Below are positions 1 through 9,586 of a stretch of 64,000 nucleotides of DNA, in pieces (the stretch's first letter is position 1; each line of letters starts with the position of its first letter). The position numbers and the translations under genes are program-made. Origin of the DNA: a virus (taxonomy: Duplodnaviria; Caudoviricetes); the IMG/VR virus record IMGVR_UViG_3300024259_001623. One strand, 5' to 3'. The notes beneath the pieces are model-generated. The model was not told the origin of the DNA and did not search any database. It was given only the letters and a program-made list of their open reading frames with translations.

Positions 1-25
1 TTTTTAATATTATCTTTATACCAAT

Positions 26-784
26 TCATGTTTTTATCTTGAAAAAGTTTCTAATTTTTGACCTTATCTTTATAATTTCTATTTTTTGACGAATCTCCTT
101 TATAGGAATACAACAAATAAAAGAAGTATTATACGGATAAGAATACATGAATCTTGATATAACCCCAATAACCTCATTTTTAGAGTTTAATAATGCACCA
201 CCAGACATCCCCTTATGACCACCACCATTTGTCCAAACCTCATTTTTACCTATATAACATATAGCCCCTCTAACAACAAATTTTCTAGACTTCCCAATCA
301 CATCAGCAGGAAAACCTATAGACCAAGAAATGTCTCCCAGTGTGGCTTCACCCATATTGTGAATAAAATATCTTTTATTAGATTTAAATTTTAATAATGC
401 TATATCAGCAACGTCAGACTTATATACAATCTCTGATTCATTATTATCTACAAAAATCTTTTGACCAAACATAACGACATGTTTAGCCGTAGCAGCATAA
501 TACCAACCATCAATAAATGATACAACAACACAAGACCCACCGATCTCTACCGTACTCTCCACTTCTATATCAGACAATGGATCTTTTATAATATCAGTTT
601 TGAAGAAACTTTTAAAAGTTGTCTTAATTGTTTTTGTAGTCTTTACCTGTAAAATCCCCTTTGACTCTATTTTTGTATTATTTCTTTCTACAAAAATAGA
701 AGAAGTTTTAAAAGTTAAATTGATATGACAACCTGACAAAAAACTTAACATAACAAGTAGGAGCAAAAAATATTTCACTGACAA
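26..784 (-). CDS. Trypsin-like serine protease, predicted lipoprotein
   Basis: Hydrophobic N-terminus ending in lipobox LSGC; triad motifs ATAKHV (His), ADIALL (Asp), GMSGGAL (Ser). Confidence 0.8.
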   Translation of the reverse strand: MSVKYFLLLLVMLSFLSGCHINLTFKTSSIFVERNNTKIESKGILQVKTTKTIKTTFKSFFKTDIIKDPLSDIEVESTVEIGGSCVVVSFIDGWYYAATAKHVVMFGQKIFVDNNESEIVYKSDVADIALLKFKSNKRYFIHNMGEATLGDISWSIGFPADVIGKSRKFVVRGAICYIGKNEVWTNGGGHKGMSGGALLNSKNEVIGVISRFMYSYPYNTSFICCIPIKEIRQKIEIIKIRSKIRNFFKIKT

Positions 785-801
785 TCTCCTAAAAAATATA
801 T

Positions 802-1821
802 TTATTGAGCAATCTCTTCTCTGATCTCTGCCAATGTAACGGGGAAGACTCCAAACTTCTCTACCTCTAATCCTCCAGCTATATTAGACAATTTGACACA
901 TGTTTCTAAATCCGCCCCTACCTTTTTAGCACAACATAACATAGCCAAAACCATATCGCCAGCGCCACTGACATCATATATCTTTCTCTGTTTAACAGGG
1001 AAAATTTTCCCTATAGATGAACCCTGCTTTAAAAAAGCACCATCCTTATCTAAAGTAATTAAAACGTTTTTTATACCATAACCACTATTGATAAAACCTG
1101 CGACTCCATCAACATTGGACAAATTATGATCATCAAGACGTTTTGTTGTTATAGCATTACTGGCTCCCCACATTATACAAGCTTCTTCTCTATTAGGAGT
1201 TACCAAAAACGCTCCCCTATAACGATAATATTTACTACTAAAAGCAAACCTAGCAGGATCGACTATGGCTGATGACCCATTAGAATCACACTTCTTCATA
1301 ATATCGCTGCAAAGTTTATCCACCACAACACCCTTGTTATAATCTTCTATAGCAACAACTGATCCATTAACTATATCTTTCTCCAACAATCCGTAAATTT
1401 TATCAATAACATCAGCAGAAATATCTTCTGTGCTTTCTTTGTCTATTCTTAACATCTGCTGTTGATGTCTGTGTTGAGCTAAACCAATACATCTCTGTTT
1501 TACTGTTGTAGGTCTACTTGGATCAATAACCATTCCCGATACATCTGCACCAGCCCCTCTCAATAAAGATAATAAAGAATAGCCATTACGGTCATCTCCT
1601 ACAACACCAAAACATTTTACACTCATACCTAATGCCAATATATTCATAGCAACAGATGCAGACCCACCACATCTATCCTCTTCCTTCTCTACCTTTAAAA
1701 CAGGAACAGGAGCTTCCGGACTTATCCTCTCACAATTGCCATAAATATACTTGTCCAACATGAAGTCACCGACAAGTATAATTTCTTTATCTCTTCTAAA
1801 TTTATTTAAAACCTTTTCCAT
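802..1821 (-). CDS. rfaE: D-glycero-D-manno-heptose-7-phosphate kinase (HldE/RfaE domain I, PfkB family)
   Basis: VGDFMLDKYIYGNCERISPEAPVPV N-terminal signature, DYNKGV, TPNREE and DVSGAGD PfkB motif. Confidence 0.9.
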   Translation of the reverse strand: MEKVLNKFRRDKEIILVGDFMLDKYIYGNCERISPEAPVPVLKVEKEEDRCGGSASVAMNILALGMSVKCFGVVGDDRNGYSLLSLLRGAGADVSGMVIDPSRPTTVKQRCIGLAQHRHQQQMLRIDKESTEDISADVIDKIYGLLEKDIVNGSVVAIEDYNKGVVVDKLCSDIMKKCDSNGSSAIVDPARFAFSSKYYRYRGAFLVTPNREEACIMWGASNAITTKRLDDHNLSNVDGVAGFINSGYGIKNVLITLDKDGAFLKQGSSIGKIFPVKQRKIYDVSGAGDMVLAMLCCAKKVGADLETCVKLSNIAGGLEVEKFGVFPVTLAEIREEIAQ

Positions 1822-1835
1822 AATTAATTTCTTAT

Positions 1836-2291
1836 CTATCCCGGATTTTTTGCCATATTTAAAGAATTCTCAAACTTACTAGTGTATTGTTTTATCTTAT
1901 TAAGACCTATAGCATATATTTTTATTTTACCGCGTTTAAAAACTATAAAACCAACCTGCAAGGTCTTAGGGTCATCCCACTTACATATATAATAACCTTT
2001 CCTAACAGCTAACTCAAAAAACTTTTGAAATTTAACTATATCTACACATTTAACCTTTTTAAAAACATTAAACACATCATGAATAGCTTCTACAACAATC
2101 TCTGAACCATCATGATGATTCTGTCTCAATAATAGAGAACCTATCCTCCCATTAGACCAATCTTCAACTGGCAAAATATTAATATCAAAAACAGAACCAT
2201 CAAATTCTGGCCAATCATAATTCAAACTAGTATGATTTATGAAATTGTTTATCATATATTCATTAAACGTATTCTCTTTTATCTCTACCAT
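1836..2291 (-). CDS. Hypothetical protein
   Basis: 151-aa ORF tightly packed in a minus-strand operon. Confidence 0.6.
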   Translation of the reverse strand: MVEIKENTFNEYMINNFINHTSLNYDWPEFDGSVFDINILPVEDWSNGRIGSLLLRQNHHDGSEIVVEAIHDVFNVFKKVKCVDIVKFQKFFELAVRKGYYICKWDDPKTLQVGFIVFKRGKIKIYAIGLNKIKQYTSKFENSLNMAKNPG

Positions 2292-2293
2292 AA

Positions 2294-2605
2294 TTATTCA
2301 TTCCAAAATAAATGACCTATAATTATACCCATCAATACAGGGAGAAATCCTGCGAATCCCCATATATACCACGTATAAACTCCGATGATTCCCATTATCC
2401 CAGCATCGACACCCCGAGGAAATAGCTTATGAATCCATTGCGAAATAGTATCCTCTTTCTTGACAACAAGAAAAATATCAATCACAGCAACAGCAATCAA
2501 TACACCAAACGCAACCCATACCCAAGACATCCACGTCAAAAACATAGCCAAAACCAACAAAACAACTCCAACTAATCTAGAAACAGAAATAAATTTCTCA
2601 CTCAT
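2294..2605 (-). CDS. Small membrane protein
   Basis: Three to four hydrophobic segments; GGAG RBS; 4-nt overlap with the upstream gene. Confidence 0.7.
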   Translation of the reverse strand: MSEKFISVSRLVGVVLLVLAMFLTWMSWVWVAFGVLIAVAVIDIFLVVKKEDTISQWIHKLFPRGVDAGIMGIIGVYTWYIWGFAGFLPVLMGIIIGHLFWNE

Positions 2606-3150
2606 AATATTTCTCCATTATTCTCCTGCTCTTCCTCAAGAACAGAAATAACACTTGATTCTATTGTTTTTTCAAACATCTCTTTAATAACAGAATGCTG
2701 ATTAGCCATATCAGAAGAAACTATCATCAAATCTTTCAATGTTCTTATAATAAGATGCTTAGTATACTTTTGATATAACCAGTCCAAATAACCATTCTTA
2801 GGAGCATCATTTGGACGACCATAAACAATCTTACCAGAACAGACGAACCGACCAAACTCTATGTTAGTAGTTAGCGCTGGCATCGTTTTCAAATCACGAG
2901 GAATCCAAAATACTATAACAGCACATTTGAGTAAACCTTCATCCTCCCACTCAACTTGATCCAAAAAACTATATTTAGTTTTACCCTGATGCTCAGGAAC
3001 TAAAACCTGGCCTTTGTAACCAATCTCTTCCAATAACTCTAAAGCTTCTGGCCTCCATGACTTTACATAATCAGTTCTAGGAGTAGGACCAGCTAAAAAT
3101 ATACTATTTGACTCAACAACTAATTCCTGATCCGAATATACTACCTTCAT
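2602..3150 (-). CDS. Nucleoside 2-deoxyribosyltransferase-like protein
   Basis: SIFLAGPTPR...SWRPEA...QVEWE...TTNIEFG pattern of the NDT-like family. Confidence 0.75.
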   Translation of the reverse strand: MKVVYSDQELVVESNSIFLAGPTPRTDYVKSWRPEALELLEEIGYKGQVLVPEHQGKTKYSFLDQVEWEDEGLLKCAVIVFWIPRDLKTMPALTTNIEFGRFVCSGKIVYGRPNDAPKNGYLDWLYQKYTKHLIIRTLKDLMIVSSDMANQHSVIKEMFEKTIESSVISVLEEEQENNGEIL

Positions 3151-3162
3151 AATATTCCTTTA

Positions 3163-3273
3163 TTAACACAATGCCCCAACAAGCCAATACGAATTATACA
3201 TTAAAGTATTAATCAAATCCACATAATCTGAAAAAAATACGCACAAATATAAATATGCTTCAAATAAATTCAT
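3163..3273 (-). CDS. Possible 36-aa small protein (not in ORF track)
   Basis: MNLFEAYLYLCVFFSDYVDLINTLMYNSYWLVGALC preceded by AAGGAG; fills the intergenic gap. Confidence 0.4.
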   Translation of the reverse strand: MNLFEAYLYLCVFFSDYVDLINTLMYNSYWLVGALC

Positions 3274-3300
3274 TATAAACTCCTTCTATTGTATCGACGC

Positions 3301-3747
3301 CTATCCCAATTCGTCCGCAATAGCCTGTAACTCCAATTCCGCTCTAAGCTCAGGACTGATAATGGCGTTCAATCTCGACTCCAACTTATCCAAACTCTTT
3401 TTCTTAGAAGAAATCTGGACCTTGGCAATTCTAGCCTTAATGTCGGAAATCCAATCTTCAACAGTAAACCCCTCCCAAGTAAAATCCGGGGCGCCGACAA
3501 GCCGCAAAACGTTTAGCCAGGCATCAATATAAGATTTTTTTCTTTCTACTAAAAATGCAGTAATACTAATCAACTTTTTAATATCCTTCTCAACATGAAG
3601 ATTTACAACATTAGTTGCACTTCCCTCAATATATGAAAAACTACAATTCGTCACATAATGATACTTCTCAGTCTGTGCAATCTCTTTCTTTCTTCTCGCT
3701 ACCTCTTTAATCAAATCCAACGTCTTTTGGTCTGTCTTGTTAGCCAT
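3301..3747 (-). CDS. Hypothetical phage protein
   Basis: 148-aa ORF with GGAG RBS; helical C-terminus. Confidence 0.7.
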   Translation of the reverse strand: MANKTDQKTLDLIKEVARRKKEIAQTEKYHYVTNCSFSYIEGSATNVVNLHVEKDIKKLISITAFLVERKKSYIDAWLNVLRLVGAPDFTWEGFTVEDWISDIKARIAKVQISSKKKSLDKLESRLNAIISPELRAELELQAIADELG

Positions 3748-3768
3748 ATCTCTATATCTCCTTAAATT

Positions 3769-4893
3769 TTAAATTGAATTACCACACAACTGAAACTCAG
3801 AACCACTTTCTAATCTAATAAATAAACCTAAACCTGTAGGCTCAATCCATTTAATCTTATTCCAATTAGTTGATCTATAATAAGGATAATAATTACTATT
3901 ATTTTTAGATTCAGGATTACTACATGTTCCATACCACTCTTCAAACGTCAATTTACCATTCTCAAACCTAACTATCTTCGAACTTTTTATATAATCAATT
4001 TCCGGCTTACCATACCTATAACATGTATCATACATTGTCCAAACATTATCCGCGTCTTCTGTAACCCAACCATCACTATAGTAATAATTGCGTTTTTCTT
4101 CTTTTTTCTTTGGAAGCTCCTTAGAAAATACATCAACAATCTTGCTACCGAACTTTGATTTACTATACTTCTCAACCAACTCAGCATAATTATCAGCCAC
4201 AACATCAGAACTCAAAACAGCAAGAAACTTTAAATCACTCTTAAAAATAAAACTATCTTCATCGCTATAATAACTACTAACATTCTTCCCCCAAAAAACA
4301 TGCATATTACGCTTTCCAATCTTTCCATGATTCAACGTATGACGAGCAAACCTACCTAAATACATAACATCATCTTGCTTCTTAGTTGTATAAGTAGCCC
4401 CAGGAATCAAATCCTTAGCCTTGACTCCCTGGCCCTGCAACTTCGTATAACTCTGAGAAACTTGATAATCAGAAGAAGTTTCAGGCAATAATACTAACTC
4501 AGTTCCATCCCAAGAATAAACAAATTTCCCCTCTAATCCCTTACCTCGACTACAATCACATTCTTTCAAAATGAATAAGAGATTTGCTACAGAAATTTCA
4601 AATTCAAAATCACGAGGATCATATACTCGGATATATTCGTTCCTAGCATTCCATCCATAAGATTGACGAGCGCCACCGACGCCCTTATTTAATACAAAAC
4701 CTTCAGTCGGTACATTATCAAAATCAACATCATCAATCTTATGATCTCGCCAATTGTTCCATGACTTTTCTTTTCTCTTTGTTCCTTTTTGATCGTAATA
4801 AATTACATATGCTAATTTTTTAGTATATGTGCCTTCACGATTCTGAAAACCTACGGCGATTTTCTTCGGAATAAATAATTGCTTGCTCTTCAT
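3769..4893 (-). CDS. Hypothetical phage protein
   Basis: 374-aa ORF with AGGAG RBS; N-terminal region (FIPKKIAVGFQ...YIRVYDPRDFEFEIS) resembles conserved unknown proteins of large phages. Confidence 0.7.
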   Translation of the reverse strand: MKSKQLFIPKKIAVGFQNREGTYTKKLAYVIYYDQKGTKRKEKSWNNWRDHKIDDVDFDNVPTEGFVLNKGVGGARQSYGWNARNEYIRVYDPRDFEFEISVANLLFILKECDCSRGKGLEGKFVYSWDGTELVLLPETSSDYQVSQSYTKLQGQGVKAKDLIPGATYTTKKQDDVMYLGRFARHTLNHGKIGKRNMHVFWGKNVSSYYSDEDSFIFKSDLKFLAVLSSDVVADNYAELVEKYSKSKFGSKIVDVFSKELPKKKEEKRNYYYSDGWVTEDADNVWTMYDTCYRYGKPEIDYIKSSKIVRFENGKLTFEEWYGTCSNPESKNNSNYYPYYRSTNWNKIKWIEPTGLGLFIRLESGSEFQLCGNSI

Positions 4894-4910
4894 CTGTTAT
4901 TGCTCCTTCT

Positions 4911-5078
4911 TTATTTTTTATCAATAGCTTTTGCTAGTTTTTCTCTGGCTGACTCTAAAGCTTCCATTCTTCTACATCTTTCCTCGCTCCTATCTGGAGA
5001 ATTATACATTCCTGGAAGTGGTTCACTCATTTCGAGTAATGCAGCTTCATACTGAATAAGAATTTCTTTTGTGTCCAT
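4911..5078 (-). CDS. 55-aa small protein (not in ORF track)
   Basis: MDTKEILIQYEAALLEMSEPLPGMYNSPDRSEERCRRMEALESAREKLAKAIDKK; fills the gap downstream of a TGnTATAAT element. Confidence 0.6.
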   Translation of the reverse strand: MDTKEILIQYEAALLEMSEPLPGMYNSPDRSEERCRRMEALESAREKLAKAIDKK

Positions 5079-5094
5079 TAGTTCTTCTCTCTAT

Positions 5095-5103
5095 ATTATA
5101 TCA
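5095..5103 (-). promoter_or_regulatory. Putative extended -10 promoter (TGATATAAT)
   Basis: Exact TGnTATAAT 16 nt upstream of the 4911-5078 start codon. Confidence 0.5.
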
Positions 5104-5110
5104 ACGTGAT

Positions 5111-5935
5111 TCACTTTTGCTTTTTAATTTTCGGAATTCTATCACAAAAATCTAAAACAGCTTTTTTAAATTTATTCGGAATACGAATATTTATATCTAT
5201 ATAATCTTGCCATAAAATAGTTTTGATTTCGTTAAACACGTTTTTTGCCATATTACATATTTTTCGCCAAAAACGAACAGGATGATTAGATTCGAAACAA
5301 AGACTATTTATAAAATCTATGGTTTCTTTATATATTTCTTTTTTTTCCATAGTATAATTCATTCTTTTATTAAAAGACATACAATATGAGAATGGCTCCC
5401 TTATACGACTAGGTTCCTTATATTCTATTTTTTCATCAGTAAATCCTGGAGTTTTTTTATTAGGATCTATCCTGCCCACCATATAAGGATGTTCTGTAAA
5501 ATCTACTAATTCATTTAAAGATCTAGTTCTAAATAAATTTAATATACTTGACATATGTGAATCTATCTCTTCACATATACATAAAATATGTTTTTTATTT
5601 AAAAAATCTTTAGAAAAACCAAAGTCCAACTCGTCTCTAAAATAATTTTGACATTTTTTTATTTCAAATATCAAATCATTAATCTTATTTTCATTTATTT
5701 TGTGTCTTTCTCTTTTTTCATCAGACGACAAAAAATCAGTTTTATTATCTAAAATTTGCTGTATATGGCTTTGTTTTATAAAATCGATAGCGTAAGATAT
5801 GTTTTTTTTACATTCTGATAAAGGATAAACAATATCTTTATGTCTCTTATCTATATTTTTCCCAACTCTAGACCTCACAGCCTCAATTGCAGCAATCGCC
5901 CCTAAAATTATAATTACTAAGGTGCTTATTTCCAT
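5111..5935 (-). CDS. Hypothetical protein with N-terminal membrane anchor
   Basis: MEISTLVIIILGAIAAIEAV hydrophobic start; GGAG RBS. Confidence 0.65.
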   Translation of the reverse strand: MEISTLVIIILGAIAAIEAVRSRVGKNIDKRHKDIVYPLSECKKNISYAIDFIKQSHIQQILDNKTDFLSSDEKRERHKINENKINDLIFEIKKCQNYFRDELDFGFSKDFLNKKHILCICEEIDSHMSSILNLFRTRSLNELVDFTEHPYMVGRIDPNKKTPGFTDEKIEYKEPSRIREPFSYCMSFNKRMNYTMEKKEIYKETIDFINSLCFESNHPVRFWRKICNMAKNVFNEIKTILWQDYIDINIRIPNKFKKAVLDFCDRIPKIKKQK

Positions 5936-6019
5936 CTTCTTTCTCCAAATCTATTTCTTCTTAATTAGATTACTTCATCAGTCTTGCACTTTGACCTAAA
6001 TTTTAAATATTCTGAATAA

Positions 6020-8113
6020 TCAACTTATCACAAAAATAGGCTCAAATTTATTTCCGCCACCAAATTTAGGATATTTAATTCTGTCCTCACCTAAAAGCAT
6101 ATTTTTCGATTCTAAATATTCTTTTAAATCATCTGCAATAGGATAAGCCCCTGTATTTGCTACATTAATAGCAACTTTCTTGCTTACTCTACTAGACTCA
6201 ACCACACACGGAATTAAGTAATTATCAAACCACTCTCCATATGAACCATATTTCTGTGAACTCTGCTTACTATCAGTATCATATAATTCTGCATCAAAAT
6301 AAGGTGGAGATGTAAAACAAAAATCAAAAGTATTATCTACAAACATCTTCATACCCAAGAGGCTGTCCTGGTTGTTTATATTAATACTTGTCTTAATATT
6401 TTTATATACATATAATGAATGACGTAAATTATGTAAACCAGAAAAAGAATCTAAATTTATTTCGATACCATGATACGATTTTACTTTTTCAGAAGCAGAC
6501 GCTCCAAATAATCTACCACCATAACCAGCACAAAAATCTAATACATTACTTCCCTCATCACAATATTTATCGTATATAGATTTAGCTATACAGGGCATAA
6601 ACCCGCTAACACATTTATTTCCACGATATCTTCTTAATTTTCTTAATAAAACTCTGCCAATAGGAATCCTGTCATTTAAAATAACTTCTCTAACGATTTC
6701 TTTTAAATATATTTCATTATTAAAAATTTCTCTAGGAGAATAAGAACCTTTCGCTTTAGCCGTCCAAAAATTAGGAAAATGATACATAAGAAAAATATTA
6801 CCCAAAGAAGAAAAATCGATACAATCTTCCTTAATTGTTTTTCCCGTGTCAAATTCAAATACTTTTCTCATATCCGTTAAATGATTTTTAGGATCATCTA
6901 ACAGCGATCTAAAACCTTGATGATGAAGTGAAAAAACAATATTATCCACCCATTCATCTTGCTTATCTTTATTCATAGACATAAAATTATCAGAGAGAGG
7001 ACATTCTTTTATATCATGAATAGAAAGATTTTTCTTTTGTTTCCAGCTTGTATGGTCATTTTTATTTATTTTGTAATAAAACATAGGCAAAACATAAGAA
7101 GATACTAAATCAACAAATTTTTCTGAATGATATGTTCTTATTTTTACCCTATAATACAAATTACCATTAGATTTTCTGTCTGCAAGAAAAGCATCTATTC
7201 CATATCTTTCTTTAAACCACTGGACTATTAACTCGCAACTTTCTTTAGAAAATGAATCTGTACAAAAAGAAAATTGCGGTTTATGCTCTCTAATATCTGT
7301 AGAACCGTCGTCTTGATACCAAACAGCTAATCCTAATGGAGTTATATTATCAAGTATTTTTCTAGTTGGCTCTCTTTTATCATCTTTATAAAATTCAGAA
7401 AGTATATTTTCTACATCAGTATTAGCATGGGTATAAAAACTACAAGTAGTATTAAAGCCATTATGTCTAGGGTCAAAACTCAAAGATTCTTTTAGAGATT
7501 TTTCCGAAACAACACTTTTAAATTCATTAAATTTCCACAAAAGATATTTTTTCTGTTTGGAACTATGAGAAAAACCTACGGACGCAGTATTATAACTTTT
7601 ATTAACATATTGTCTTTTTGCATCTCCCATTAGAGATCCATATAATATCTCTTTTTGTCTTTGAGTCAAAGGAACTTCAGTATTTTTTCTATTTTGGTAC
7701 TTAAATCCTGTAGCCTTAAAATTATAAAGTTGTCTTAAAAATGTTATATCACTTTTGGATATATTATACCTATCAGCTATATCATTTAATGGTAACCCAG
7801 ATCTATAATCATTATAAAATGTATCTTTGTCTAAAATAATTTTCCCTTGCAAAAAATTACTAAAAAACTGCACTAAATGCTTAGATACTCCACTTCTGGA
7901 TATGTCTTTAAAACTCTTGCCAGAGTCTACCAACTCTCTTAATTCTCTAAAAGTAATAAAATTAAGTTTTCTGTTTCTAGAACTCTTTTGTAATTGAACA
8001 TCTAAATATGGTTCAACTAAATCCCAATCTAATTTGCTTTTCATCTTATTAAGTTTAGCAAGCTTCATTTGCTCTATAGCTTCTTTACTTAAATTTTGTC
8101 CTTTCTTAGGCAT
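6020..8113 (-). CDS. LAGLIDADG homing endonuclease fused to an amino (N4C/N6A) DNA methyltransferase
   Basis: ILYGSLMGDA and GLAVWYQDDGS (two LAGLIDADG motifs); C-terminal VLDFCAGYGG (SAM motif I) and FTSPPY (motif IV). Confidence 0.8.
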   Translation of the reverse strand: MPKKGQNLSKEAIEQMKLAKLNKMKSKLDWDLVEPYLDVQLQKSSRNRKLNFITFRELRELVDSGKSFKDISRSGVSKHLVQFFSNFLQGKIILDKDTFYNDYRSGLPLNDIADRYNISKSDITFLRQLYNFKATGFKYQNRKNTEVPLTQRQKEILYGSLMGDAKRQYVNKSYNTASVGFSHSSKQKKYLLWKFNEFKSVVSEKSLKESLSFDPRHNGFNTTCSFYTHANTDVENILSEFYKDDKREPTRKILDNITPLGLAVWYQDDGSTDIREHKPQFSFCTDSFSKESCELIVQWFKERYGIDAFLADRKSNGNLYYRVKIRTYHSEKFVDLVSSYVLPMFYYKINKNDHTSWKQKKNLSIHDIKECPLSDNFMSMNKDKQDEWVDNIVFSLHHQGFRSLLDDPKNHLTDMRKVFEFDTGKTIKEDCIDFSSLGNIFLMYHFPNFWTAKAKGSYSPREIFNNEIYLKEIVREVILNDRIPIGRVLLRKLRRYRGNKCVSGFMPCIAKSIYDKYCDEGSNVLDFCAGYGGRLFGASASEKVKSYHGIEINLDSFSGLHNLRHSLYVYKNIKTSININNQDSLLGMKMFVDNTFDFCFTSPPYFDAELYDTDSKQSSQKYGSYGEWFDNYLIPCVVESSRVSKKVAINVANTGAYPIADDLKEYLESKNMLLGEDRIKYPKFGGGNKFEPIFVIS

Positions 8114-8224
8114 TATAAGTCTCCTTTATTAGTGTTACCAGAATATAATACCTATCGGTAACACAATGTAGAAAACTTTAATACATAAAAATAGGTGCGT
8201 CGTAAGTCTATATAAAATAAAGAT

Positions 8225-9529
8225 TTACGTCCCACTTGAAAATAAATAACGAAACCAACGAGACCTTCCACCTGGAAGCGTAAATTCTGGAACTACGATT
8301 GCTCTTGTTAATCCAACGTAAGGACCATACTTTTTCTGTTCATATATATCTTTAACTTCTTCTTCATAGTTCTTTTTCAGTGTTTCCATATTATCGAAGG
8401 CTTTATTTGCTCCTTCTGGACCGCCAAAGACTTGTTGTGGTTCTTGGAATTGCAGGCAGAGCATTAATCTTCTCAGAGCATCGACTGCTGCTTGTTTAAT
8501 AACCACAGGAATGTATCTATCAGGAACTGAATTAACAGTATATCCACTATGAGGAGGATAACTATTCAGTGTTCTGATAGCATTTATAATAAATTCATAT
8601 AGTTCATCATCTGAGAACCATCTGAAATTATAATCTACGTTAACGACATCAAAATCTGTTAATGGAGAACTAAAGACTACTTCGCCTTTGAAATAATCTA
8701 CATTGACGCCGGATGTAACGATTTTATCTTGATTTCTATAGACTTTAATACCTGCTGTTTGGTTCCATCTTGGGAATGTAAATCTATAGGTTTTATGGTC
8801 AACAGTTTGTTTTGATTGCTCGAAATATACGGGAACTGATTGTGCGCATAAAATATATTTTTCCAGAGCTATAATCAATTCTCTTGCTCTTCCTGTATAT
8901 ACTTCATTTTCATCGCCTGTAGTCGGATCTTTTTCTGACACAACAAGATCTTGAATTTCTGATCTTACGACTCCATCTACAGTATATTCCCAAATAGCCT
9001 GATAGTCACCAGTAGTCCTAGTTTCCTCTATATCCCAATCAAATATATAAAACCCTATATCGGCCTTCACAGGAACTCCGAGCGTCACAAGGGTTCCTGC
9101 GTTGTTATTAATAGTTGTTGTAATAGATGTAGCATCTTGAGGATTGCCATCAAAATCTGTAATCTTTAGTAATAGTACAGCGGTTGTATTTTGCTTGAAG
9201 GAACCTTTAAAGTCTGTTGATGCTGTAACTGTGCCTGCATTGGGTACAAATGGTCCTACTTTATCTACTTTATAGACTGGAGTATCTTCAGCTTCGGGGA
9301 TAACTTCCCATGATACCAGATATGTTAGTGTATCATCTGCATCGAAGGTATATTCATAAACTCCTGTAGCTGGGTTACTTGTAGCTGTTCCATCTGCAAC
9401 AACGACGGTATCGGAGTCTAGTTCTTTAATTCCGTAATCTGCCTCATCTGATGATAATTTGACAGAATTTGCATTAACAGACAGTCCATTTTTCTTATAT
9501 AGAAAAGACACAGTGCGATCAGGCATCAC
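8225..9529 (-). CDS. Putative virion structural protein (Ig-like N-terminus, head-tail adaptor-like helical C-terminus)
   Basis: Acidic beta-rich repeats (GVYEYTF, GFYIFDW, GDYQAIWEY); helical end (FSDDELYEFI...AAVDALRRL) reminiscent of neck adaptors. Confidence 0.45.
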   Translation of the reverse strand: MMPDRTVSFLYKKNGLSVNANSVKLSSDEADYGIKELDSDTVVVADGTATSNPATGVYEYTFDADDTLTYLVSWEVIPEAEDTPVYKVDKVGPFVPNAGTVTASTDFKGSFKQNTTAVLLLKITDFDGNPQDATSITTTINNNAGTLVTLGVPVKADIGFYIFDWDIEETRTTGDYQAIWEYTVDGVVRSEIQDLVVSEKDPTTGDENEVYTGRARELIIALEKYILCAQSVPVYFEQSKQTVDHKTYRFTFPRWNQTAGIKVYRNQDKIVTSGVNVDYFKGEVVFSSPLTDFDVVNVDYNFRWFSDDELYEFIINAIRTLNSYPPHSGYTVNSVPDRYIPVVIKQAAVDALRRLMLCLQFQEPQQVFGGPEGANKAFDNMETLKKNYEEEVKDIYEQKKYGPYVGLTRAIVVPEFTLPGGRSRWFRYLFSSGT

Positions 9530-9554
9530 ATTCTCCCATTATAATTTAATATAC

Positions 9555-9586
9555 TTTATATTTGGGAAATATTATTAAAATCCCTT
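9555..9586 (-). promoter_or_regulatory. Putative late promoter AAGGG-N20-ATATAAA
   Basis: Same spacing at 42161-42192 and 55849-55880, each upstream of a virion-type gene. Confidence 0.45.
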
